The notes under the pieces: generated by a model
What the model saw: only the letters and a program-made list of their open reading frames with translations
Told to the model about the DNA's origin: nothing
The model's database searches: none
DNA from: a virus
Lineage: Duplodnaviria; Caudoviricetes
Strand: one strand, 5' to 3'
DNA: 53,086 nt
IMG/VR virus record: IMGVR_UViG_3300025423_000028
Coordinates: 1 to 53,086 of that record
Position numbers and translations under genes: made by a program
Part shown: positions 28,775 through 38,870 of the stretch, one piece after another
Numbering within the stretch: position 1 is the stretch's first letter
How the letters are laid out: every line of letters begins with the position of its first letter

Positions 28775-31177
28775 TTATTTAGTAGAGGTTCTACCAGCTC
28801 CGCTATTTGCTGCTTTTTGTGTCGCTTTAAGCCACTTAGAGGAATCCTTGTCGAATGTTACTACGATATTAACTGCTTGAGCAAAGTTTCCTGACTTTGC
28901 AGCGTTAAGTGCTGATTGGTAAGCAGCGGTAGCTGCTGTAGCTTGTTTGCCACGGAATGTTTGGTCTTCTATATTAGTTCTTAACAAACCTAATGTATTA
29001 GCTGCAGCAGTTCCTGAAGTATCATAGTTTTGATTGTAAAGACTAATACTTTCATTACTTGTTGTATCGCTCGAGGTTTTGAATGTTGAGATTGATGCTC
29101 CTCGTTCCCCAGGTGCACCCACCATATGTTGTAACTTATTGTCTTTTTTATTAATTGCAGCTTGTTGAGCAGGTGTAAGTTTTCTATCCTTAAAAATTCC
29201 AACTCCTGGCACGGGGATAGAGCCCATGCTTGAATTCACTTTTTGCTGTCTAATAACAAGCCACGCCCATTGTACAGCTTGCTGAGGAGTCTTAATATCA
29301 GTAATGCCCAATTGTGGCAAAGCCTTAGCAAGTAGCAGTGCATACTTATACAATTGTTTAGGACCCTTAATACTATTTACATCGATACCCAACATCGTTA
29401 ACAGTTCTACGTTATCTTGCGTATTTGCTGTAAGGACTGCGCTCGGGGACATTGATGCCATTTTTGAATAAGCATCCATGTAGCCAACGCCTTGGTTCTG
29501 AGCAAACAACGCTGTACCAAGATCAGTTCCCATAAGTTCGGTACCGGTTAACCCTGCTGTCTGGGCAATGAGGTTATTAGCGCCAAAAGCAACAGCGGCA
29601 GTACCCATAGTCTCAGCAGCAGCAGTCGAAGCACCCATGCCCATCGCAGCAGAAGCACCTGTATAACTAGCAATTTGTGAATAAGCACTAGACATGCTTG
29701 ATTTATTTTGGAGGAATCTAATTTCGTTTTCCATACCGGCTGTGCCCTGTACAGACATACCGATACCGAGGTTACCACCCAAGATCTGTTGAGTTTGCTG
29801 CGCATTTAGTCCATATTGACCTTGGAATTGTAGGGCAGTACCTACATAATTATTAAGTTGATTACCTTTGAGTCCAAGAGCTGCGCCAGACATTTGGTTT
29901 TGTAATACATTTTGAAAACTAAAGTTGGGGTTCAATCCAAAGTCTGAACGCACAAGAGCATTCCATGTGTTGCCCGCTGTTCTTCCAAAGTCAGTCTCAC
30001 CGAAAACGTTACCCTGAGCTTGAGCGTATCCTGTTAATTGGCGTGCTTGTGATGCAACACCTTCTGCAAAACTGGCGGCCATTCCCGCATAACCAGTATA
30101 TTTAGTGAAGGCATTAACAAGGTTATTGCCAAATATTTTTGCGACTCTATCAGCAAGATCAAGAGCAGTTTTTTCTGGTCCACTGGATGGAATGCCATTA
30201 ATCCTTGTCGTCATAAGACGACCGTATTCATCTAGTAGAATTTGGCCTTTTTCATCTCTCATCGTAACAGTGTTGTTCGCTTCTGAATTCCTAATGGTTG
30301 TAGCGTTTACACCATTGAGGTCCAGTGCTGTACTTACTGCACCAACAAATTGTTTACCAACAACAGGAATTCTACCGACAGTTCGGTTAAGAGTCTGCAT
30401 AGCATAGCTATACGCATTAGATGCTGCTCTACCTTCTTTACCCGAGGGTATAATCGAACCGTTAGTACTATCATTTATTCTACTTAGGTTTTTGTATGCT
30501 TTTAGTTGCTCTCTGATCTGCACTTGTGCAGGTGTACCGGGTACCCTGCTAAAATCAGTAGCAACACCACTAAATGTTGCTCTGCCTCGAGAACCTTCAT
30601 AATCAACGGTTCTTCTAGAACCAAAAGGAGTTGCTTCTTCCGGTTCAGTACCAGGGAAGGTCCATCCTGAGCTTTGGGCAGAATCGGCAGCACTCTGTTG
30701 TGCGCCCATCCGCATTGCACCATTTAGAGTAGCTTGATCGTAACCAGTTTGTACGCCAGCTCTCCCACTAAAGTCCTGGGAAGCAGTAGCGTAATTTGGC
30801 ACACCACCAGTTGTACCGCCCGTAACCATACTCATGGCGTCAAGAGCTTGGCCCATATTGCCACCGAGGGCCTTCGCTCCAGCAAGAGCTTCTCTTAGCG
30901 CCTGTAGGTTGCTACTAATGATCGATGCGTTGGATTGAGCAATAGAACCAATGATTGTTAATACGTCTTTGCCAGCAGTGAGTGCCTCTACTAAGTCTTT
31001 TGCTGCACTAGCCAATTTGTTAGCACGCTCAATGGTCCCATCGAGAGAATCATTCATTTTCTCTGCTGATTCAGCAGAATCACTCATCAATCGTGATACT
31101 GAACCTAGATCATCTTTGGCTTTGCCAGCTTCAATATTTAAACCAGCATTAATTTCAATGGAATCATCGTTTGCCAT
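28775..31177 (-). CDS. Tape measure protein
   Basis: 800 aa, Ala/Gly-rich helical, follows the chaperone pair. Confidence 0.8.
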   Translation of the reverse strand: MANDDSIEINAGLNIEAGKAKDDLGSVSRLMSDSAESAEKMNDSLDGTIERANKLASAAKDLVEALTAGKDVLTIIGSIAQSNASIISSNLQALREALAGAKALGGNMGQALDAMSMVTGGTTGGVPNYATASQDFSGRAGVQTGYDQATLNGAMRMGAQQSAADSAQSSGWTFPGTEPEEATPFGSRRTVDYEGSRGRATFSGVATDFSRVPGTPAQVQIREQLKAYKNLSRINDSTNGSIIPSGKEGRAASNAYSYAMQTLNRTVGRIPVVGKQFVGAVSTALDLNGVNATTIRNSEANNTVTMRDEKGQILLDEYGRLMTTRINGIPSSGPEKTALDLADRVAKIFGNNLVNAFTKYTGYAGMAASFAEGVASQARQLTGYAQAQGNVFGETDFGRTAGNTWNALVRSDFGLNPNFSFQNVLQNQMSGAALGLKGNQLNNYVGTALQFQGQYGLNAQQTQQILGGNLGIGMSVQGTAGMENEIRFLQNKSSMSSAYSQIASYTGASAAMGMGASTAAAETMGTAAVAFGANNLIAQTAGLTGTELMGTDLGTALFAQNQGVGYMDAYSKMASMSPSAVLTANTQDNVELLTMLGIDVNSIKGPKQLYKYALLLAKALPQLGITDIKTPQQAVQWAWLVIRQQKVNSSMGSIPVPGVGIFKDRKLTPAQQAAINKKDNKLQHMVGAPGERGASISTFKTSSDTTSNESISLYNQNYDTSGTAAANTLGLLRTNIEDQTFRGKQATAATAAYQSALNAAKSGNFAQAVNIVVTFDKDSSKWLKATQKAANSGAGRTSTK

Positions 31178-31608
31178 TACTCATCCCCAATCTGATCTAG
31201 ATCGATGCCGCCAAGTAAGTTCATCAGGCTTACTTGTTTTACAAATTCATCGTCGGCTTCTTTGTTCTGTTCGCTCTTCCTTGCTGATTCAATCTCAGCA
31301 AAGATCTTTTCCAACTCACGGGCTTCTTCAATCGTTTCTGGAGCAGACCAGACGATTGGTTGACCATCGTTTTCTTCTTCTTCTTTTTTCTTTTCCATGT
31401 ATGCGCGGTACATGTCTGGGTTATTTATTACCATGTTTTGCTCAAAATGGGCTTCTTCAAGCTCAGATTCTCGCTTACGCTTTCTCATCTCTACTGTAAT
31501 GAGAAGTTTTTCTTGTAAAACGTTAAGGTCTTCTCTGTGGAAAATTCCTCTGAGCGCAGCAATTTCGCTTTGCTCAATAACGTATGGGTCTACTTCCCAT
31601 CTTTTGGG
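31177..31608 (-). CDS. Tail assembly chaperone extension (gpT-like), reached by -1 frameshift
   Basis: Frame of ORF 31177..31488 is open back to the slippery site (RWEVDPYVIEQSEIAALRG..). Confidence 0.75.
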   Translation of the reverse strand, partial: PKRWEVDPYVIEQSEIAALRGIFHREDLNVLQEKLLITVEMRKRKRESELEEAHFEQNMVINNPDMYRAYMEKKKEEEENDGQPIVWSAPETIEEARELEKIFAEIESARKSEQNKEADDEFVKQVSLMNLLGGIDLDQIGDE

Positions 31609-32114
31609 GTATCCTTTTCCTCTTCTGTCTGCTCAAAGATATTGAAGTCAACAAAAGGTTCTAGGATCCCTAACTCTTGCAACACAAAAATAACTCGGTT
31701 TTCTAGCGAATCAACTTCTTCATAAAGCAAGTCGATAGTACTGTCATACCAGTTATCGATAACGTAATCATACTTTTGTCTTACTACGTTGATGTTCCTA
31801 TTGCTAGGTACCAACTGTTTGCCATCTACGCTAACCAAGCTAGCGGCGACTATTGCTGCCTTATAAGCACGACCAAAGCCAGAACTATCCATGTAAGGCT
31901 TAGTGATCAGACTAACTTCCAGCTTATCATTGATATTAAGAGTCTTAATCACGAACTTGTGAAAAGGAATCTTTGTTACTTCACGCTGAAGATAACCTAG
32001 GAACAATAAACCTTCAAATTCATCCTTCCATTCATCGGGGAAGGATTCTGGTGTTTTAGCCACGGTCTGGGGGAGGTCTTCAGTCCCCCATCCGTTATCA
32101 GTAGCTTTTGTCAT
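31590..32114 (-). CDS. Tail assembly chaperone (gpG-like)
   Basis: Between tube and tape measure genes; ends across C CCA AAA. Confidence 0.8.
   Translation of the reverse strand: MTKATDNGWGTEDLPQTVAKTPESFPDEWKDEFEGLLFLGYLQREVTKIPFHKFVIKTLNINDKLEVSLITKPYMDSSGFGRAYKAAIVAASLVSVDGKQLVPSNRNINVVRQKYDYVIDNWYDSTIDLLYEEVDSLENRVIFVLQELGILEPFVDFNIFEQTEEEKDTPKDGK
31602..31608 (-). promoter_or_regulatory. -1 programmed ribosomal frameshift heptamer C CCA AAA
   Basis: X XXY YYZ form in the correct phase (ACC CCA AAA GAT). Confidence 0.8.
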
Positions 32115-32169
32115 ATTACCTTTGGATCTAGGGTTATACCGATAGTATATAACCTACCAACTTATAATA

Positions 32170-33153
32170 CTAGTTCTTGTTCAAGAAACGGTTGTAAGGC
32201 TTCTTGACACGGCGGCTACGAAGCTCAACCTGTGCAAAGAATTGACCGTTAGTACCGGAGGCAGGAACAGTGAGTGATGTACCAGCAATGTTGTTGGCCA
32301 GAGCGGAACCAGTGACGATACCACCGCTGACGACTGTGGTAGTCGAAGCAGGAGCAGCAAGGTAACCAGCGTTGCTTGTACCACTAACACCAACCGCTGT
32401 ACCAACTGGAGTACCAGAAGCAACAGCAACAGCTGGGTGGATACCCTCAATCTGAACAAACCCGAAGTTACCAGCGGGGATGTTAACCAGTGTAACACCG
32501 GCGAATTCACCCTGCTTAGTACCAACTGTGGTAACAGCACCATTAACACCACTCAAGGTAGTGTTGGCACTGATTAGGTAGGAAGTACCCAGACCATCCT
32601 GGCGTACCTGGAATGTGATACCAGAAGCCGTTGAGATGTAACGGTTGTTATAGTCCTGCCACACAGTAGCCCAACCACCAGAGATGGTTGAAGCGGTACC
32701 ATTGTAAACAAGGGTGTAACGGGCACCGTCTGGGCCAATCAACGAGTAGTTGTTAGCAGCACCACTCAGTGTGGACTGAGGTGTACCAATACCGGCACCA
32801 GCGCCAACAGCACCACCGGCAGAAGCACCTTGTGCAGCGAAGCCAGCAATACTGAACGATGTGAGTGTTGGGCTAACCGAACCAAGCAGGCTAAGGAAGC
32901 TAGTACCGCTACCCGCAACTTGCTGGTTAAGGCCAGTCTGTGATTGTGCTGGCAAGTAGCCACCGCTAGCCGTGGTCAGGTCAGTATTAACCGTGACAAC
33001 GCTGATGACGTTCTGACGAGCACCAAGGCTAATCTTTGAGAACGTATCGGCGTCGACGGTGTACTGGAGACCAGGAACCATCTTGCGGTGGTCGGGAAGA
33101 ATAGCCTGCCCAACTCCTGCCTTTAGCTGAATTACATATGAACGTACGGACAT
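32170..33153 (-). CDS. Virion structural/decoration protein
   Basis: 327 aa, Gly/Ser/Thr-rich, strong codon bias, next to tail tube. Confidence 0.6.
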   Translation of the reverse strand: MSVRSYVIQLKAGVGQAILPDHRKMVPGLQYTVDADTFSKISLGARQNVISVVTVNTDLTTASGGYLPAQSQTGLNQQVAGSGTSFLSLLGSVSPTLTSFSIAGFAAQGASAGGAVGAGAGIGTPQSTLSGAANNYSLIGPDGARYTLVYNGTASTISGGWATVWQDYNNRYISTASGITFQVRQDGLGTSYLISANTTLSGVNGAVTTVGTKQGEFAGVTLVNIPAGNFGFVQIEGIHPAVAVASGTPVGTAVGVSGTSNAGYLAAPASTTTVVSGGIVTGSALANNIAGTSLTVPASGTNGQFFAQVELRSRRVKKPYNRFLNKN

Positions 33154-33177
33154 TTTACTTCATTTCCTTTCTTAGAA

Positions 33178-33654
33178 TTAGCTCTGAAGTTCGGTTCTCT
33201 GACGATACATGATAGTAATCGTCTTAGGGATTGTCATGGTACCGATCTGGATGAGCTCGTCAATCTGAACGTTGACTACGACACAACCAGTGTAAGTAAT
33301 CTTACGTTGGGTGCCATTGGGGTTGTTAATGATCTTGATGCAAGAAACTTCGCCCTGAGCCAACTGTGCCTTAAAAACATCCAAAAGGTCAGCTGCACCT
33401 TGGAAGTTAGCTCCAAGCTGTGCCCAAACTTCTTGGTTCCATTGTTCCAGGAATGTGATTTCCAACATACCGGCTTGCAAAGCGGCGGGCAATGCAATCT
33501 CGATTGGATAAGCTGAATCGAGTGGTTGGATAGGCTGTGGTTGAGCAACAGGCTGAGGCGCCCGCTCATTAATCATCTGTGCGTAGATCAGTGGTTGACC
33601 ATTATAAGTGAAAGCTGTATAATGTCCACCTACGCGAAATTGTGAATTAGCCAT
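33178..33654 (-). CDS. Tail tube protein
   Basis: 158 aa right after the sheath gene; IQPLD..PIEI, G.LEITFLEQW, TYTGC. Confidence 0.8.
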   Translation of the reverse strand: MANSQFRVGGHYTAFTYNGQPLIYAQMINERAPQPVAQPQPIQPLDSAYPIEIALPAALQAGMLEITFLEQWNQEVWAQLGANFQGAADLLDVFKAQLAQGEVSCIKIINNPNGTQRKITYTGCVVVNVQIDELIQIGTMTIPKTITIMYRQRTELQS

Positions 33655-33663
33655 AAGTTACTC

Positions 33664-35214
33664 CTAGTAAGTTACGAGGTTGGTCTGCTGGTTAGTATTA
33701 ACAATCGTTCCAGTCTGAGTGTTAAGACTGATTGTTACCTGGATATAGTTAATTGGGTACGTAGGCGAGTACTGGAACGAAACGTTTACCGTAGTAGGCG
33801 TAGCAGGGTTAACAGAGTAAACAACATTCTGGTAACTCTGAATCAGACCGTTTGCCAAATCATTAATCAATGTATTCTGCACTGTACCAATGACGCTAGC
33901 CAGCGTGTTCTGCGTCAAAGGTCCACCAATGAGAGCACTGTTAAGCAGCCCATTGTAAATGTCGTTAGATAGCTGGTCACCAACAGCGTTGATCGAGATC
34001 TCTTGTGTGATCCAGTTCTGCACGTTTGTAGTAAGGCCTTGAAGGACGTACAGGTTACCGTTACGCTTTTGGAACACAGTAGTAATACCATATGGCAGGT
34101 AGTTTGTAGCTGCGTCGTTGAGACTGATCTGGTTTGGTATCGTGTTCGATACAGATGTATTGAACCCAGCCAGAGTCTTGTTCGTAATTGGTGTGGCAAC
34201 AGTTGGCTGACCGACGAACAGACCAGCGATAGCAGCAGCAACATAGTAACCGGGGATATTGAAGCTTGTGTTAGTCAAAGCAGTCGTTGTGTTCAAACCG
34301 GGGTTGTAGTTTATAGCAGCTGGGTACAGGAGTGTAACTCTTGTGCTGTTAAAACCACTCGCAAGTGTTTGCAAGCTAGACGACGTTACTTGGTTGCTAG
34401 TGCCATCAACACCAACGAAAGCACGCTGATAGATACCATAGTTAGCTTGCGAAGTAAGGTAAGTGTTAATACCGCTTGTGACAGCAGAAGTAACGGGGAC
34501 ACCGTTGCTAACAAAGCCATACAGAGGAACAATCGCATCAGCACCAGTAAGGTTCGACAGAATTGTTTGGTCACTACTTGCGCCAGAAGATGTTACCGTG
34601 AACACTCTAGCCCAGTCAGCAGTACTAGCGGCAGCTGTACCACTGCTAGAAACTCTGGCAACAGGCAGGATTTGGACAATATTAGCACCATTCTGGAAAG
34701 CAAGTTGTGCAGCCAATGTTGCTGGGTTAATAACTGTAGTACCGCTAACGGTTGCACCGATGGCGTTCTGAACAGTATTCAAGTTGTAATATGTGCCGTA
34801 AGCGCCCCACTGGTTAGCATAAGCAATGTTTACAGTACCACTTGGAAGGAGAGCGCTTTGGCTAATACCACTTGTGGTAAGGAAAGAGTATGGCTGACCG
34901 CTAGGTGTACTGATGCTAAAGTGCGTACCATAAACACCGGAGACAGTCGTCCCGCTCGATGATGTCCATGTAACTGAGAAACCGGAGTATGAAGCGTATG
35001 TACCCGTGCTGGTCGTAATCACCATAGGGGCAGAAAGTTGACCAACTGTTACACCACTAGCTGGTGTAATGTTGTAGAAAGTATCGGTCTTAGCGTTAAG
35101 GGTAGGCTGGTCTGCTACAATGGCAACGTTAAGAGGCGTCGTATTGATGTTGTTGAGCGACGTCCCAGTCTGTGTGACATAAACACCAGGGACCTGGTAA
35201 TTAGAAATAGGCAT
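33664..35214 (-). CDS. Tail sheath protein
   Basis: YQVPGVYV N-terminus; YVAAAIAG, QGLTT, QEISI, YSPTYPINYI C-terminal motifs. Confidence 0.88.
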   Translation of the reverse strand: MPISNYQVPGVYVTQTGTSLNNINTTPLNVAIVADQPTLNAKTDTFYNITPASGVTVGQLSAPMVITTSTGTYASYSGFSVTWTSSSGTTVSGVYGTHFSISTPSGQPYSFLTTSGISQSALLPSGTVNIAYANQWGAYGTYYNLNTVQNAIGATVSGTTVINPATLAAQLAFQNGANIVQILPVARVSSSGTAAASTADWARVFTVTSSGASSDQTILSNLTGADAIVPLYGFVSNGVPVTSAVTSGINTYLTSQANYGIYQRAFVGVDGTSNQVTSSSLQTLASGFNSTRVTLLYPAAINYNPGLNTTTALTNTSFNIPGYYVAAAIAGLFVGQPTVATPITNKTLAGFNTSVSNTIPNQISLNDAATNYLPYGITTVFQKRNGNLYVLQGLTTNVQNWITQEISINAVGDQLSNDIYNGLLNSALIGGPLTQNTLASVIGTVQNTLINDLANGLIQSYQNVVYSVNPATPTTVNVSFQYSPTYPINYIQVTISLNTQTGTIVNTNQQTNLVTY

Positions 35215-35267
35215 ACATTCTCCTTCAATGCCTTGTGCAAAATTATTGTTGTTTTACAGCGTTTTTT

Positions 35268-35936
35268 TTATAATTCTTGGATGTTCATTGTCCCAGAAGT
35301 CGTTAAAACATTGACAACTGGCACTCCCGAAGCGGTAATATTCGTGATTGCAGGTACTGTGTACTGGTATTTGCTCTCGTAGAAATCACCAACACATTGG
35401 ATCCTTATACTTGCTTCATATGTTAATTCTTCTGGGCTCCATGGCGTTCCTGCACTGATGGAGTCCCCAAGCGGGGTAAACGTATCCAAAAGGAACGTTA
35501 TGCCTACTAGGGTATTATTTAAAATACTTGCATTGAATGCAGTGCTAGCAGGGCTGCCCTGACCCATAAGGATAAGGTTGGCAACGCTGTCATATAGTCG
35601 ATCTCGTTCTTCGGAGTGCATGGCCATAATTTGGAGATCAACGCTACCCTCAAAGTAATTGGTTCTATTACTATTGAACCCTGAGTAGGTTGTCCCGCTG
35701 ATGGTTGTACCTGATGACGAGACCGTATAAATATCAGGGTTTAAACCCGACCATTGCACCTTGCTTGGCCTGAATTGGACAAGAATACAAGGCCACTCAA
35801 CAGCTTCAAGGGGGTATTCGATAACGATGCTATTAGGAGTTAAATCTAAGCTGTTGTTGCTTGGGCTGGATGCTAACGCGGAAAACCCAGCGTTTAGTGC
35901 TTCTATGATTGTAGTTTTAACGGCAGTAGTAAACAT
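35268..35936 (-). CDS. Tail terminator/neck protein
   Basis: EYP..WP.I, SEERDRLYD; directly upstream of the sheath gene. Confidence 0.65.
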   Translation of the reverse strand: MFTTAVKTTIIEALNAGFSALASSPSNNSLDLTPNSIVIEYPLEAVEWPCILVQFRPSKVQWSGLNPDIYTVSSSGTTISGTTYSGFNSNRTNYFEGSVDLQIMAMHSEERDRLYDSVANLILMGQGSPASTAFNASILNNTLVGITFLLDTFTPLGDSISAGTPWSPEELTYEASIRIQCVGDFYESKYQYTVPAITNITASGVPVVNVLTTSGTMNIQEL

Positions 35937-35938
35937 AT

Positions 35939-36457
35939 TTAAATAATCGTTCTTCCGTAAATTATGTGGCTAAGGTCGTCTTTCGCATCAGTTTGCATCA
36001 TGACGTTAACGATATCTTTACTTGTAGCTGTTCTTTTCCATTCATCTACGCTCATTTCTATTGATTTGAGCATAAAGTGTAAACCATCTTTTTTAGGGTA
36101 TACCCAGTTAGGCTTACCATCAGATAGACGCCCATCGCTAGCGAGCCTTGTGATTATCGGCATTGTTCCTATTTTATTCGCGCTAGCTCTTCTGAACTTA
36201 ATATTTCCATAGTTATCTCTAATTGGAATAACTCTTCCTTTTAGATCAACCATCGCATGCTGTTGGATGCCTTTTTCAAGGTCGAATAGGTAAGCAGCAC
36301 CATCAGGTATTTCTAAACCAATTATTCCAGGTTGTGATAAAGGTATAAGGCTATTTAGGCCCTTACCAGACTTACGTGGTCCAATAACTTGTGCGATTTG
36401 TAGGGCACGACGTGCCAACATTGATGCTAATGATTCTGGGATTTGGTAGTCTGTCAT
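35939..36457 (-). CDS. Neck/tail-completion protein
   Basis: Basic protein, GPRKSG..L, W.YP..GLHFM; neck position. Confidence 0.55.
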   Translation of the reverse strand: MTDYQIPESLASMLARRALQIAQVIGPRKSGKGLNSLIPLSQPGIIGLEIPDGAAYLFDLEKGIQQHAMVDLKGRVIPIRDNYGNIKFRRASANKIGTMPIITRLASDGRLSDGKPNWVYPKKDGLHFMLKSIEMSVDEWKRTATSKDIVNVMMQTDAKDDLSHIIYGRTII

Positions 36458-37179
36458 ATAATTGGCACGTTGTAGTAAGGGTGGCCCGGCCAGACGTTCT
36501 CGAGGGTAGTCTGTTGGTTAACAACTATTGTGGTATTAGAGAATGGTTGTGTTGTTCCTACGCGGTATGGATATTGTGCGCTTGGTCCAGGACCAGTTCT
36601 AATAGTCTGTGGTGAAACTGCACTGACTTGGAACCTCTCACTAGTAGAAGTTGGAGAGCCATTTGACCATGTTTCTACCCGAACAACAAGGTCACCAACA
36701 CGGATCTGTGGGAACCAAGAAAACTGCACTCTAGGGTTCTGCTTCCAGAATTGACCGGTTGATAAGTTAGCACGAGCGTCTTCCGTATCAGCAGCAAGCA
36801 TATACAAGTGGTAACAAGTAGGCTGAAAACCACCTGAGAAAGTAGTGCCATAGCAAGTGGGACAATAACTATTACCTGTCTGCTTATATACGTTGCTTAC
36901 ACGGTTTTGAATTGATGCTGTTGGGTTAGCAGGGTTAGGGCTATCCTGACATTGCTGGCAATAGCCGACTAGTCCTGCGGCAGCATCCTCAGCACGCCAC
37001 ATTAAACGAACGATGCATTCTTCCCCAAACCATTGGAGCGTTTCATCGTGAAAGCGTTGTTGATTGACTTGAGTAAATGTTTCCCGTTGTTTTACAACAA
37101 GCAATGGGCTCTCGAGCTGTGTGTTTAAACCACCACTGCCAGATACAACTGGCCCTGGTACTGGGTTAATACCACTCAT
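36454..37179 (-). CDS. Head-tail joining protein with Zn motif
   Basis: CQQC..CPTCYGTTFSGGF, GDLVVR. Confidence 0.65.
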   Translation of the reverse strand: MSGINPVPGPVVSGSGGLNTQLESPLLVVKQRETFTQVNQQRFHDETLQWFGEECIVRLMWRAEDAAAGLVGYCQQCQDSPNPANPTASIQNRVSNVYKQTGNSYCPTCYGTTFSGGFQPTCYHLYMLAADTEDARANLSTGQFWKQNPRVQFSWFPQIRVGDLVVRVETWSNGSPTSTSERFQVSAVSPQTIRTGPGPSAQYPYRVGTTQPFSNTTIVVNQQTTLENVWPGHPYYNVPII

Positions 37180-37538
37180 TATTTACTCGCTTCATCAATG
37201 GCTTTTTGTCTAGCTTCTAAGGATAGGTTGTACCACATTACGTGATCATTGTGTGCTTTTTTGCAATCTTCGCATGCGCCTTCATTCTCCCTAAGGTGCT
37301 TCATATAACCACCATTAGTTCCACAGGCTGCGGGCTTGAACTCTTGCACACCGCGTTCTCTGTTGCGATTGTTTGCATAATTATTAACAGCTTCTTGGCA
37401 AAGGATACAAGAAGGCTCACTGTTTTTACGGTGCAAGTCATAGCCATACCTAGAGCCACATTGCTCACGATACGTTATTTCGTTAGTAGGCTCTGTTAAC
37501 CTTTTTCTACCAGCTGAATAGCGTTGGTTCCAATTCAT
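37179..37538 (-). CDS. Protein with two Cys/His Zn-binding repeats; probable start MNWNQRY at 37538
   Basis: CGSRYGYDLHRK.EPSCILC and CGTNGGYMKHLR.EGACEDC; the longer 37583 start overlaps the previous gene. Confidence 0.6.
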   Translation of the reverse strand: MNWNQRYSAGRKRLTEPTNEITYREQCGSRYGYDLHRKNSEPSCILCQEAVNNYANNRNRERGVQEFKPAACGTNGGYMKHLRENEGACEDCKKAHNDHVMWYNLSLEARQKAIDEASK

Positions 37539-37551
37539 ATCATACTCAAAA

Positions 37552-38010
37552 CTACCAGTCTTTTGGCACTCCGTCTGGAACATTGTAATCTCTTACATGT
37601 TCTCTTACCGGGATGCCGAGATCTTCTGCATGACTCCCAACAAAATCAATATATGAATCCATGTATGCTTCGTTCTGTTCACGTTGTTGGTCTGATTTCA
37701 TGCACTTTGTACAGTGAGGGAATAATATTTTATGAGAATTTCCCATTGAATGTGCGTCCAAAGAATCGTTACCGCGTTTAGAAATATTTCCCATCTCAGA
37801 CTCAGGGAACCCAGTGCTTTCTGCAAGCCTTAAAAGGATTTTTTGCCTATGATCGTGAAAATCAACAATGTCTTGTACTCGATCGTGGTCTAATTCAGCA
37901 ATCATATCATCATGGACGTGAGGATGCTTTAAATGGCAATTCATAGATGAATTCATTTCATCTTCCCATCCATCATGCTCGCTAGCGTATCTCTTATTCC
38001 AATTCATCAT
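37552..38010 (-). CDS. His/Asp-rich hypothetical protein starting MNWNKRY
   Basis: 152-aa ORF, GGAGG SD, ATGA overlap. Confidence 0.6.
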   Translation of the reverse strand: MMNWNKRYASEHDGWEDEMNSSMNCHLKHPHVHDDMIAELDHDRVQDIVDFHDHRQKILLRLAESTGFPESEMGNISKRGNDSLDAHSMGNSHKILFPHCTKCMKSDQQREQNEAYMDSYIDFVGSHAEDLGIPVREHVRDYNVPDGVPKDW

Positions 38011-38870
38011 ATTCCTCCCATATTGACTGCGGCGTAGGCAAAGTGCGGACGACTCGGATTGGTGTACATACGTGGGATAAGTCCACCAGCAACCAGGAGG
38101 CTTCGCTTCGATCCAACCATGTATTGACGCTTCATTTGGCGAAGCTGCTTGTCAGCGACTTCCTTGTCAAACAAGTACAGCTGCCACCAGCGGTTGTAGT
38201 AGTCTCTGCGGTCCATCCAGGCAGCGTTCATCCCTTGTGGGGTGGGCTGCTCAATATAGTTACGAGCAATGTGCTTTAAGAAGTGAGCATATGTCTGTGT
38301 GGCCAAGACACCATAATAAGTGGTTGGGAATGGAACTGTAGCATTTAAACCAATATTATAGGCAGGACTGAAGATTGGCTGGAATTCAAAGTTAATGTAA
38401 TCCATGGTTTCATCTTGCATAACCATAGCTACTTCTTCGTAGATAAGGAACCCACTCTGATTAAGCTCTTGCAGGTATGGACCACCAGCGGTGCTATCAA
38501 AACTCTTGTCAATACGGTGAACAATTCCAGTTACAAGTTGACGGGTATCAGTATCAAGATTGCTCCAATATGGCATCTGATCAGTAACAACAAAATTGTC
38601 TACATAGGTTCTAGTACCACTGTTAATAGTATAATTCCAGGTTGCTGCGTAATTACCTTGGATAGCAGTCTGGCTAGAATTAAGTGTATATTGGTACGTT
38701 CCAGTGCTTTCATATGTAGCTTGACCTGATGCAAGTACAACCGTACCATTATCAGCGTTCGTTATATTAACCCAAACGTATTGATTGTCAGGATCGGCCA
38801 GAGAACCACTGATGTACGTTGTTATACCCAATGGCTCAGCGGCATACTGTGGTATTGGGCGTACTCTCAT
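38007..38870 (-). CDS. Head-tail adaptor protein
   Basis: Ig-like N-terminus (LADPD, TGTYQY), YIEQP..DRRDYYNRW C-terminus; neck position. Confidence 0.65.
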   Translation of the reverse strand: MRVRPIPQYAAEPLGITTYISGSLADPDNQYVWVNITNADNGTVVLASGQATYESTGTYQYTLNSSQTAIQGNYAATWNYTINSGTRTYVDNFVVTDQMPYWSNLDTDTRQLVTGIVHRIDKSFDSTAGGPYLQELNQSGFLIYEEVAMVMQDETMDYINFEFQPIFSPAYNIGLNATVPFPTTYYGVLATQTYAHFLKHIARNYIEQPTPQGMNAAWMDRRDYYNRWWQLYLFDKEVADKQLRQMKRQYMVGSKRSLLVAGGLIPRMYTNPSRPHFAYAAVNMGGI

